Shown here: piece after piece, positions 18,910-27,494 of the stretch | How the letters are laid out: every line of letters starts with the position of its first letter | How positions within the stretch are numbered: the first letter of the stretch is position 1 | NCBI GenBank assembly: GCA_035275585.1 | Contig: DATEML010000013.1 | Span: forward strand, 47,983 to 111,982 | Reading direction: 5' to 3' | From: Steroidobacteraceae bacterium | Lineage (GTDB): Bacteria > Pseudomonadota > Gammaproteobacteria > Steroidobacterales > Steroidobacteraceae | DNA: 64,000 nt | The notes under the pieces: model-generated | What the model saw: the letters and a program-made list of their open reading frames with translations, nothing else | The model's database searches: none | Told to the model about the DNA's origin: nothing | Made by a program: the position numbers and the translations under genes

Positions 18910-19836
18910 ATGAGTAGCGAACACGTACTCCCAGCGGTCGCCTTGTGTTTCTGCATTGCCGGACCTGCGATCGCGGCCGCCGAGCACGATTCCGCAATCG
19001 AAAGCCTGTGCCTCGCACATCGCGACCAGCGCGACGCAGCCACGGTCGTCGAGACCCAGCTCGCGTCGGTACCCGCACTGATGCGCGTTCCATCGAAGGT
19101 CACCCAGCCGCCGATCCTGTTGTGGCACGGATTCGGTCCGCCGGGCAGCGAGCGCGCGTTGATGGAAGCGCTGCCGCTCGATGACGTGCCGGCCATCAAG
19201 ATCTACCTCGGGCTGCCGCAGTTCGGCGCACGCGAAGCTCCGGGCGGCCGCGCAGACATGATGCGCCGTCAGGCCGAGGATCTCGGCCGTCTCGTGTTCG
19301 AGCCTGTCGTCGTCGGGGCCGCGCGAGAGTTGCCAGCGGTGATCGCGGCCTTGCAAGAACTGCAATGCGTCGGCACGCAGGACAAGGTCGGAGTGTTCGG
19401 TTTTTCGGCCGGCGGAGCCGCAGCATTGCTTGCACTTGCCGAAGGCAAGGCGCCAATCGCGTCCGCCGTGGTCGTCAACGCATCGACCGGTCTGACGGCA
19501 TCGGTGCAGGCGTACGAGCGTGCAACGAAACAGCAATACGCGTGGTCCGACTACACGCGCGCACTGGCGCGCCGCACGGACGCCATCGGACGCGCCGCGG
19601 ACATCGCTCGCAATCGCCCCGCCCTGCTGATCCTCCACGGGACTGACGACACAATGTTGGATTCCAAGAGCGCCGTCGCGCTACGGGATGCTCTCGCGCC
19701 GTTCTATCGGACGGCTGGCAGCGAACAGCGGCTGCGGCTCACTCTGGTCGACGGTTTGTCGCACGGCTGGGCAGACTCGGCTCACGCCGGCGAGCTGCGC
19801 CAGGTGATCGCACAGTGGTTCAAAGAGTCAGGCTGA
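18910..19836 (+). CDS. Secreted alpha/beta hydrolase
   Basis: Signal peptide; GFSAGG elbow; HGTDD; LSHGW. Confidence 0.82.
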   Translation: MSSEHVLPAVALCFCIAGPAIAAAEHDSAIESLCLAHRDQRDAATVVETQLASVPALMRVPSKVTQPPILLWHGFGPPGSERALMEALPLDDVPAIKIYLGLPQFGAREAPGGRADMMRRQAEDLGRLVFEPVVVGAARELPAVIAALQELQCVGTQDKVGVFGFSAGGAAALLALAEGKAPIASAVVVNASTGLTASVQAYERATKQQYAWSDYTRALARRTDAIGRAADIARNRPALLILHGTDDTMLDSKSAVALRDALAPFYRTAGSEQRLRLTLVDGLSHGWADSAHAGELRQVIAQWFKESG

Positions 19837-19844
19837 AGCCTGAC
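19827..19844. repeat. REP-like palindrome containing the hydrolase stop codon
   Basis: GTCAGGC-TGAA-GCCTGAC; TGA 19834-19836 is in the loop. Confidence 0.65.
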
Positions 19845-19869
19845 TCCCAATCTCTCCAGGAATAAACAA

Positions 19870-20256
19870 ATGCCCATCATCCAGCACAACCCACCGCAGC
19901 TATTCCCACCCTATCGCTGCTACACACACGCGACAGAAATCCGCGGCGATGCGCGCCTGCTGATCGTGAGCGGCCTCAACGGCTATCTGCAGGACGGCCG
20001 TACGATGCCGGAGTCGTTCGAGGACCAGGCCGAGATCATCTGGATGCACCTGCAGACGCTGCTGCGTTCCGCGGACATGACGGTGGCCAACCTGGTGTCG
20101 CTGCGCACCTATCTTGCCGACCCGAAGTACGACGAGGCGAATGTCCGCATGCGTGTCAAGCATCTCGGTACCCACGCGCCCTGCGGGACGGTGATCTGCT
20201 GTCAGCTGCTCGACCCGCGCTGGAAGCTCGAGGTCGAGGCCATGGCGGCAGCGTGA
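19870..20256 (+). CDS. RidA family protein
   Basis: HNPPQLFPPYRCYTHA..LIVSGLNG..KLEVEAMAA. Confidence 0.85.
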   Translation: MPIIQHNPPQLFPPYRCYTHATEIRGDARLLIVSGLNGYLQDGRTMPESFEDQAEIIWMHLQTLLRSADMTVANLVSLRTYLADPKYDEANVRMRVKHLGTHAPCGTVICCQLLDPRWKLEVEAMAAA

Positions 20257-20304
20257 TCGACGCGGTAGGCTGCGAACATTCCGCGAGCTTCTTTCGGAGA
20301 TCCG

Positions 20305-20589
20305 ATGTGTAGGAACATCAAGACGCTGTTCAACTTTGCGCCGCCGGCGACCGAGGAGGAGATCCGCGCGGCGTCGCTGCAATTCGTCCGCAAGCTGAGC
20401 GGATTCAACGCACCGTCGCAGGCGAATCGCGCGGCGTTCGAACGCGCCACCGCCGACGTCGCGGCGGTGGCACGTACGCTGATCGAATCGCTGGTCACGA
20501 CAGCGCCGCCGCGCGACCGCGAAGTCGAGGCCGCGCGCGCCAAGGCCCGCGCGGCGGAGAGGTTCGGCAATGACCCAAGGGGCGCATGA
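20305..20589 (+). CDS. DUF2277 family protein
   Basis: MCRNIKTLFNFAPPATEEEIRAASLQFVRKLSG signature. Confidence 0.9.
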   Translation: MCRNIKTLFNFAPPATEEEIRAASLQFVRKLSGFNAPSQANRAAFERATADVAAVARTLIESLVTTAPPRDREVEAARAKARAAERFGNDPRGA

Positions 20590-20632
20590 CCGCAGGGAAT
20601 GCGCCCCGAGGAAATGCCCGCGGGCCTAACCG

Positions 20633-21040
20633 CTACTGCGCTTGCGCTGGCGGTTGCGCTTGTGACTGCCCGTCACCGTGCCAGCGATGGCCGGCGCCGC
20701 GCGGCGGGTGATCAGCCAGCGCCTCGAACTTCTTCATCTGCTCCGGCGACAGCACCGCCTGCAGCTTGGTGTTCATCTCCTGTTTCATCTCGTCGTGAAA
20801 CTTGGCGCGCTCTTCGCGCGTCGGCTTGGTGCCGGCGCTGCGCTGCTGGTCGAACTGCGCCTTCATCTTCTCGTGCTGCTCGTTGAAGATCTTCTGGACC
20901 TCGGCCTTCTGCGAATCGTTCAGATCCAGCAGCGTGGCCATGCGGTCCATGTCGGGACCCGGCGGGCCGTGGTCGGGATGGGCGAGCGCGACCGCGCTGG
21001 CGAGCAGCGCCGCGGCAATCAATGCTACTCGTGATTTCAT
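20633..21040 (-). CDS. Periplasmic Spy/CpxP-like helical protein
   Basis: Signal peptide; LDLNDSQK and LSPEQ LTxxQ-like motifs; directly downstream of the HK/RR pair. Confidence 0.7.
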   Translation of the reverse strand: MKSRVALIAAALLASAVALAHPDHGPPGPDMDRMATLLDLNDSQKAEVQKIFNEQHEKMKAQFDQQRSAGTKPTREERAKFHDEMKQEMNTKLQAVLSPEQMKKFEALADHPPRGAGHRWHGDGQSQAQPPAQAQ

Positions 21041-21084
21041 GGCATTCTCCGTGACACGTGAACGCGTCCATGGGGACGCGACTG

Positions 21085-22512
21085 TCAATCTAGAGGACGC
21101 GCCGCGGCCGGGTCGTAAGCAATCGTTACCGACTGTAACCTCGGCAGCACGAGCCGGGCCTCGAGGCCGCCATCGCTGCGATTTGCAAGCGTCAGCGAGC
21201 CGCCGTGCGCCTGCGCGACATCGCGCGCGATGCTCAACCCGAGGCCGGTGCCGCCGGTGCTGCGGTTACGCGAGCTCTCGAGCCGATAGAACGGCTCGAA
21301 GACGCGCTCGAGCTCTGCTTCGGGAATTCCGGGTCCATCGTCGAGCACACGGATCCTCAACTCCTCGGCGCTGTCCGTGACGGCAATCGTTGCACGCTCG
21401 CCGTACTGCAGGGCGTTGTCGACGAGATTGCCGAGGCAGCGTTTGAGCGCAAGCGGCTTGCCTGTGAACGGCGCGGCAGCGCGACCCTCGATCGCGACTG
21501 TCGCGCTGATCTCTGCGTATCGCCGCTGCAGCTCGTCCAGCAGTGCATCGATGTCGACCGGCACCGAAGGCTCTTCGTCGTTGAGCCCGCGAAACACGCT
21601 CAGTGCGCCGCGCACCATGCGTGTCATCTCATCGAGATCCTCGATGCAGCGCGTCCGCAGTGCCTCGTCCTCGATCGACTCGACCCGCAGCCGCAGCCGC
21701 GTGATCGGTGTGCGCAGGTCGTGCGACATCGCCGCCAGCACGCGCGTACGGCTGTCGAGATATCGGTTCAATCGCTCCTGCATCGCATTGAAGGCGCGCG
21801 TTGCCCGCTTCAGCTCACGGGCGCCCCGCTCTTTCAGCGGCTGAATCGCCGTGCCGCGCCCGACCGCATCGGCAGCCGTCGCGAGAGCGGCCAGCGGCCG
21901 CGTGATGGTGCGCGTCATCGCGTACAAAACGATGCCGAGCATGATCGTGAGCAGGCCGAGCTCGAGGATGAAATGACGCGGGAACGGCGGTGTGCCGCGC
22001 GGTGAGAACGTGCGGAAGGCGACGCGGTCGCCATCCGGCAGCGTCACCACGAGATCGAACATGCGATCGGGCGGCGGCGGGCCCGCACCCGGCCCTCCCT
22101 CGCGCGCGGCAGCGGGATTGGGCTGCGCGAGCATCACGACGCGTCGATGCCCCATTCGCGGCGGCCGTGCACTGACTGCGAACGCTGCGCCCAGCTCTTT
22201 CTGGACTTCGCTCGCGAACGCCCGCTGCGCCACGGCGAAATCCTCGTGCGGATGGTCGTGCGGATGTCGCGGTGGGCGATCGTCACGCAACTGCGCCAGC
22301 ATCGAATCGCGCTGCTCGCGAGGCACGCCGGCGAGTTGCTGGCTCAGCTCGACGATGTTGGCCGCGGCGGCACTGGAACCGCTCTCCGAGAACGCCAGCT
22401 CGCGCCGCTCGCGCAGCACTATCGACACCAGCACCAGCAGCGCCATCGCAACGACGGCGACCGTCGCTGCGAACAGGCGGCCGAACAGCGTTTCCGGCAA
22501 CGGCATGCGCAT
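21085..22512 (-). CDS. EnvZ/CpxA-type sensor histidine kinase
   Basis: TM-periplasmic-TM-HAMP; MSHDLRTPITRL; NLVDNALQYG; DDGPG; GTGLGL. Confidence 0.93.
   Translation of the reverse strand: MRMPLPETLFGRLFAATVAVVAMALLVLVSIVLRERRELAFSESGSSAAAANIVELSQQLAGVPREQRDSMLAQLRDDRPPRHPHDHPHEDFAVAQRAFASEVQKELGAAFAVSARPPRMGHRRVVMLAQPNPAAAREGGPGAGPPPPDRMFDLVVTLPDGDRVAFRTFSPRGTPPFPRHFILELGLLTIMLGIVLYAMTRTITRPLAALATAADAVGRGTAIQPLKERGARELKRATRAFNAMQERLNRYLDSRTRVLAAMSHDLRTPITRLRLRVESIEDEALRTRCIEDLDEMTRMVRGALSVFRGLNDEEPSVPVDIDALLDELQRRYAEISATVAIEGRAAAPFTGKPLALKRCLGNLVDNALQYGERATIAVTDSAEELRIRVLDDGPGIPEAELERVFEPFYRLESSRNRSTGGTGLGLSIARDVAQAHGGSLTLANRSDGGLEARLVLPRLQSVTIAYDPAAARPLD
21087..21138 (-). promoter_or_regulatory. 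OmpR/CpxR-type direct-repeat box and -10 for the Spy/CpxP-like gene, inside the HK 3' end
   Basis: Plus strand CGTAA-gcaat-CGTTA-ccgac-TGTAA (10-nt period); minus-strand TAGATT 21 nt downstream. Confidence 0.5.
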
Positions 22513-23231
22513 CAGAATTGCTCGACCGGCACGCCGATCACGTATCCCTCGCCGTAGATCGTCTTGATGATCCGCGGCGAGCGCGCATCGTCGCCCAGGG
22601 TCTGACGCAGGCGGCTGATGCGGACATCGATGCTGCGATCGAATGGATCCAGCTCACGGCCGCGGACCAGCTCCATCAGCTGTGCGCGCGAGAGCACGCG
22701 GGTCGCGTGCGACAGCAACACGGACAAAAGCCGAAACTCTGCACCGCTCAGCGCCGTCTGCGTCCCGTCGCTGTGGGAGAGCGTGCGCGTCGTGTTGTCC
22801 AGCTGCCAGGCGCCGAACTTGTAGCCGCTGGCCTGGCGCAGATCCGGATCGCGCGGCATGTGCGAGGTGCGTCGCAGGATCGCCTTGATGCGTCCCACCA
22901 GCTCGCGCGGGCTGAAAGGCTTCGGCAGGTAGTCGTCCGCGCCCACTTCCAGGCCCAGCACGCGGTCGATCTCCTCACCGAGCGCGGTCAGCATCAGCAC
23001 GGGGATCTGCGACTCTGTCCGCAGGTCGCGGCACAACTTGAGGCCGTCTTCGCCCGGCAGCATCAGATCCAGCACGATGAGGTCGATGTGCGTCTGCTCG
23101 AGCGTGCGACGCATCGCCTTGCCCTCGGCGACCGCCGTGACGCGATAGCCGTTCTTCTGCAGGTAGTCGCTCAGCAGCGTACGGATGTCGCGGTCGTCGT
23201 CCACGACCAGGATATGCGGCGCTTCGCTCAT
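22512..23231 (-). CDS. OmpR family response regulator
   Basis: ILVVDDD, DLMLPGEDG, GADDYLPKPF, winged helix DRSIDVRISRLR..IKTIYGEGY. Confidence 0.95.
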   Translation of the reverse strand: MSEAPHILVVDDDRDIRTLLSDYLQKNGYRVTAVAEGKAMRRTLEQTHIDLIVLDLMLPGEDGLKLCRDLRTESQIPVLMLTALGEEIDRVLGLEVGADDYLPKPFSPRELVGRIKAILRRTSHMPRDPDLRQASGYKFGAWQLDNTTRTLSHSDGTQTALSGAEFRLLSVLLSHATRVLSRAQLMELVRGRELDPFDRSIDVRISRLRQTLGDDARSPRIIKTIYGEGYVIGVPVEQF

Positions 23232-23239
23232 GTAGGGCT

Positions 23240-23280
23240 ACTCTACACGGGCGCGCGCAGGTGCTTGTAACCAAGTGTTG
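23240..23280 (-). promoter_or_regulatory. Autoregulatory box and -10 of the response regulator
   Basis: Plus strand TGTAA-ccaag-TGTTG; minus-strand TAGAGT 20 nt downstream and 8 nt before ATG. Confidence 0.5.
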
Positions 23281-23484
23281 CAGCGCGGGCGCGGGATACA
23301 GACGGATCAAAATTGCTACGCCGGCGCGTGAATCGATCGGCTACGACGCAGAGCTGACCGTGGGGATTGCGCTGTAGGAACAGCCGTACGCCTCTGTCCG
23401 TCGCCAGCACGTGACAACGGACCTTTCTATTTTTTTGATGCGTTCCGGTGTCGTTGCCTGCACCTCGCGTGGAGACCGGATCGA

Positions 23485-24663
23485 ATGTACAACGCGCTGC
23501 GAACCCCTGCCTTGCTCCTGGCGGGATATCTGGCGCTGTCCGCATGCGGCGGCGGCGGCGGAAACAACGACAGCGCCGCACCGCCGGCGGCGCCGGCGGC
23601 GCCGGCGCCGCCGACGACCCCAGAGCCGGGCGATCCGTCGGTGTTTCCCACGAATGTGTGGGAGAGCGCGACGCCGGCTGCCATGAACATGGACGCCGCC
23701 AAACTCAATCAGGCGCGTAACTACTCCCTGATCGGCGGCGGCTCCGGATTCATCACGCGCCACGGGCGAGTCGTCTACACCTGGGGCAGTACTTCCGCCC
23801 TCTACACCGTCAAGTCGGCAACCAAGTCGATCGGCGGCGTCGCGTTGGGATTGGCGCTGGATGACGGCCGGCTGCGACTTGCGGACTCCGCGCAGATGCA
23901 CCTGCCGACGGTGGGTGTGCCGCCGAACAGCAATACGGCCACCGGTTGGCTCGACCAGATCACGATCCTGCAACTCGCGACGCACACCGCGGGCTTCGAA
24001 AAGCCCGGTGGCTTCGTTCCGCTGGCGTTCCAGCCCGGCACGACCTGGTCCTACTCCGACGGGGGCGCGAACTGGCTCGCCGACGTGCTCACGCAGGTGT
24101 ACGGAGAAGATCTGAGCTCCCTGCTGTTCTCGCGAGTGTGGTCGAACATCGGCATCACGAACGACATGCTGGTCTGGCGTGACAATTCCTCTCGCACCGA
24201 CAAGCTCAACGGAGTCAAGCGGCGCGAGATCTCCTCCGGCATCGATGCGAGCGTCGATGCGATGGCGCGCATCGGCTACCTGTTCCTGCGCCGCGGCGTC
24301 TGGGACGGGGAGCGCGTGTTGTCCGAATCCTTCGTCGATCTCGTGCGCACGCCGCGCCCGGAGTCTGCAGCTGCGACCAACGCTGATCCGGAGCACGACC
24401 CGACGGCGACGGTGAACTACGGCGTGCTGTGGTGGACCAATAAGTCCGGTGAGCTGCCCGGCGTGCCTCGCGACGCGTATTGGGCATGGGGACTCGGCGA
24501 CAACCTGATCGTGGTGATTCCGAGCCTGGATATCGTGATCGCGCGCACCGGTAACGATCCGGACGATCCGTCGCTGCCGCAGTTGCGCGAAGAGCGCGAT
24601 AGCGACTACGCGGTTCTCGCTCCGCTGTTCACGCCGATCGTCGAGTCGGTCACGGACGATTGA
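23485..24663 (+). CDS. Serine hydrolase (beta-lactamase/PBP-like) lipoprotein
   Basis: Lipobox LSAC, Pro/Ala linker, SATK (SxxK), YSD, WAWG. Confidence 0.85.
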   Translation: MYNALRTPALLLAGYLALSACGGGGGNNDSAAPPAAPAAPAPPTTPEPGDPSVFPTNVWESATPAAMNMDAAKLNQARNYSLIGGGSGFITRHGRVVYTWGSTSALYTVKSATKSIGGVALGLALDDGRLRLADSAQMHLPTVGVPPNSNTATGWLDQITILQLATHTAGFEKPGGFVPLAFQPGTTWSYSDGGANWLADVLTQVYGEDLSSLLFSRVWSNIGITNDMLVWRDNSSRTDKLNGVKRREISSGIDASVDAMARIGYLFLRRGVWDGERVLSESFVDLVRTPRPESAAATNADPEHDPTATVNYGVLWWTNKSGELPGVPRDAYWAWGLGDNLIVVIPSLDIVIARTGNDPDDPSLPQLREERDSDYAVLAPLFTPIVESVTDD

Positions 24664-24669
24664 GCCGTT

Positions 24670-25374
24670 TCAAAATTTATAACTCGTCTCGACGGCCCAC
24701 GTCTTGCCGTTGCCTGCCTCGCTCAACGGAATGCAACCCTGCAGGCGGCCGGGCACCGGCAGGTACTGCAGGATCTGCGTCGTACCGAATTCCGAAGTGA
24801 AGAAGCCCAGCAGGGTGAGCTCTTTCATCGTGAGAATGAACGGCCGCTCGGAGCGCTTCGCATCCCCGTGCAGCATCGTCGTCAGCTGCTTCTTGATCGA
24901 GCGCAGCTTGCCCACCGGCACCATGCCTTCGTCTTCGACCTTGCGCCAGTCGCGTCGCTTCTGTCGACGTGCCTGCGCTTCGGCCACCGCGCTGTCGTGA
25001 ACGCTCTGCGCAAACGCCACGCGCTGCGGCTGTGACAACTTCAGGAACGGCTTGCCGTGCGCCCGCTGCGCTGCTGCGGCGAAATCCTGCAGCCCGCTGA
25101 CGAAGGACTCCTGATCTTCGCTCGGAAAGGCGTCCTGCAACATCGATTCGATGAATCGCGGCACTCCGACGTCCGTCGCGCCCGGCGTATCCGTACGCGG
25201 GATGATGATCTCGGCGACCTCTGCAATGATCGCGCGCTGTGTCGCGTCGAACACGAGCGGCGCGCTCGCGCTCTGCTTGCGCGAACAACCGTTGAGCACG
25301 GCGAGCACTGTGGGCGCGGATACTGCGCCGCCCATCAGCCATGCGACTCGTTGCAGGAGTTCGCGACGGTTCAT
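24670..25374 (-). CDS. Gluconate 2-dehydrogenase subunit 3 family (Tat) protein
   Basis: MNRRELL Tat motif; IIPRTDTPGA; MKELTLLGFFTSE. Confidence 0.85.
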   Translation of the reverse strand: MNRRELLQRVAWLMGGAVSAPTVLAVLNGCSRKQSASAPLVFDATQRAIIAEVAEIIIPRTDTPGATDVGVPRFIESMLQDAFPSEDQESFVSGLQDFAAAAQRAHGKPFLKLSQPQRVAFAQSVHDSAVAEAQARRQKRRDWRKVEDEGMVPVGKLRSIKKQLTTMLHGDAKRSERPFILTMKELTLLGFFTSEFGTTQILQYLPVPGRLQGCIPLSEAGNGKTWAVETSYKF

Positions 25375-27053
25375 GCGGAACCCTTCAGCCCCGCGACTGC
25401 GTGGTCCACGGCGCGCGCGGTCATGGCCATATAGGTGAGCGAGGGGTTCTGACACGCGCTGGACGCCATGAACGAGCCGTCGGTGACGTACACGTTCGGG
25501 CACGCGTGCACCTGGTTCCACTTGTTGAGCACCGACGTCTTCGGGTCCTTGCCCATGCGCGCGGTGCCCATCTCATGAATGCCGAGACCGACGCCGATCT
25601 CGCGATCGTAGGTGCGAACGTCGCTGAACCCCGCGGCCTCGAGCATCTCCGCGGCGTCGCTCGCCATGTCCTTGCGCATCTTCAGCTCGTTCTCGCGCAG
25701 CTGCGCATCGAACGCGAGCAGCGGCAGGCCCCACTTGTCCTTGCGCGTGCGATCGAGCGTCACGCGGTTCGCATGATTCGGCAGGATCTCGCCGAAGCCG
25801 CCCAGCTTGATGTACCACTGGCCGGGCGCCGCGCCCTGGGTCTTCAGTGCGCCACCGAAGGTGGAATCGAGCAGCAGTCGCGTCCAGCCGAGCCGGCTGG
25901 CGTTGCCCTGGTAGCCGAAGCCGCGGATGTAGTCGCGCTTCTCGCCGCCGAGGTTGCGATAGCGCGGGATGTAGAGATCGTTGGGCCGGTTGCCGAAGTA
26001 GTAGCGGTCCTCGAATCCGTCTACGAGCGCAGTGGCGCCGACGTCGAGGTGATGATCCATGATGTTGCAGCCGAGCTCGCCGCTGTCGTTGCCGAAACCA
26101 TTCGGAAAACGCTGCGATACCGAGTTCAGCATGATGAACGCCGAGCCGAACGTCGACGCGCACAGGAAGATCACCTTCGCGGTGAATTCCACGTGCTCGT
26201 TGGTCTGCGCGTCGATGACGCGCACGCCCGTGGCGCGCTGCTTGCTGTCGTCGTAGATCAGCTCATAGACGATCGAATTCGGTCGGATCGTCATGTTGCC
26301 GGTCGCTTCCGCCGCCGGCAGCGTGCTCGAGTTGCTGCTGAAGTAGGCGCCGTAGGGACAGCCGCGAATGCACAGGTTGCGGTACTGGCATGTGCCTCGC
26401 TGCGGGCTGTGCGCCAGCGGAGCGGTCAGGTGCGCGACGCGCCCGATCGTCAGCCTGCGCTTGAACTTCTCGGCGATGGCCTGCTGCAGGTGAATCTCGA
26501 CGCAGTTGAGATCCATCGGCGGCAGGAACTTGCCGTCCGGCAGCTGCGGCAATCCTTCTGCGCGGCCGCTCACGCCAATGAAGCTCTCGACGTAGTCATA
26601 CCACGGCGCGATCTCGGCATAGCGCACCGGCCAGTCGACGCCGATGCCGTCCTGTGCGTTCGCCCCAAAGTCGATGTCGCTCCAGCGATAGGAATGCCGG
26701 CCCCACATGATCGAGCGGCCGCCCACGTGATAGCCGCGGATCCAGTCGAACCGCTGGATCTCGGTGTAGGGATGCTCGGTGTCGTCGACGAACCAGTGCT
26801 TGGCCGCTTGTGTGATCGCGTAGCCAGTGCGTGCGGCCACTTCCTGGCGCTGCAGGTCGTCCTCAGTGGGGCGACCACCGTACGGCAATTCCCAGATATC
26901 CTTCGTCGCCGTCGGATATTCGCCGTGCTTGACCATCCGACCGCGGTCCAACACCAGCGTCTTCAGGCCTTTCTCGGTCAGCTCCTTGGCGGCCCAACCG
27001 CCCGTGATACCGGTACCGACGACGATCGCGTCGTAGGCATTGTCCTGCGCCAT
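25371..27053 (-). CDS. GMC family oxidoreductase (sugar/glycoside dehydrogenase flavoprotein)
   Basis: GTGITGG FAD motif, GGRSIMWGR, CQYRNLCIRGC Cys cluster, HEMGTARMG, NPSLTYMA. Confidence 0.92.
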   Translation of the reverse strand: MAQDNAYDAIVVGTGITGGWAAKELTEKGLKTLVLDRGRMVKHGEYPTATKDIWELPYGGRPTEDDLQRQEVAARTGYAITQAAKHWFVDDTEHPYTEIQRFDWIRGYHVGGRSIMWGRHSYRWSDIDFGANAQDGIGVDWPVRYAEIAPWYDYVESFIGVSGRAEGLPQLPDGKFLPPMDLNCVEIHLQQAIAEKFKRRLTIGRVAHLTAPLAHSPQRGTCQYRNLCIRGCPYGAYFSSNSSTLPAAEATGNMTIRPNSIVYELIYDDSKQRATGVRVIDAQTNEHVEFTAKVIFLCASTFGSAFIMLNSVSQRFPNGFGNDSGELGCNIMDHHLDVGATALVDGFEDRYYFGNRPNDLYIPRYRNLGGEKRDYIRGFGYQGNASRLGWTRLLLDSTFGGALKTQGAAPGQWYIKLGGFGEILPNHANRVTLDRTRKDKWGLPLLAFDAQLRENELKMRKDMASDAAEMLEAAGFSDVRTYDREIGVGLGIHEMGTARMGKDPKTSVLNKWNQVHACPNVYVTDGSFMASSACQNPSLTYMAMTARAVDHAVAGLKGSA

Positions 27054-27254
27054 CCTCACCTCTTGCCTATCGAACAGCAAAGATTGTGCCGACCGTGCCG
27101 ACGCCCGTCGGCGACATCGGCCGCACGCTGCCTGGAAGAATCTGCAAAGCCTTGTAAAAACTCCAGCACGGAACACCAGCGCAGCTTCGCGCGTCTGCGC
27201 GCTCGGGATCGCATCGATGACGACGAGCCGAGAGTTGAAGTGCCTTACGACGAG

Positions 27255-27494
27255 ATGACGTTCTTCACCCATCAGGTGAACGGACAAACCTACGGCGGCT
27301 GGTATCGTCAACTCGCTCCGCATGAGATCGAGATCATGGGAGCGGGTTTTCTGTGCAAGACCAGCTACGCGGGCTGCGATGAATTGTCGGTCGCCCGCTC
27401 CGTCCTGGAAGAGTTCGTGCGCATGCAGATGCGGACCGGCGGCGACCCGCGACCGCTCGACAATCCCGCTCAGCGCGACAACACGCCGCGCTGA
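27255..27494 (+). CDS. Small hypothetical protein
   Basis: 79 aa, coding-like (FTHQVNGQTYGGWYRQL..); an alternative GTG at 27240 has a purine-rich RBS. Confidence 0.55.
   Translation: MTFFTHQVNGQTYGGWYRQLAPHEIEIMGAGFLCKTSYAGCDELSVARSVLEEFVRMQMRTGGDPRPLDNPAQRDNTPR

Noticed and set aside
23578-23620. GC-rich CCGGCGGCG tandem repeat
   Set aside because: It encodes the Pro/Ala linker of a lipoprotein; an ordinary low-complexity tether.
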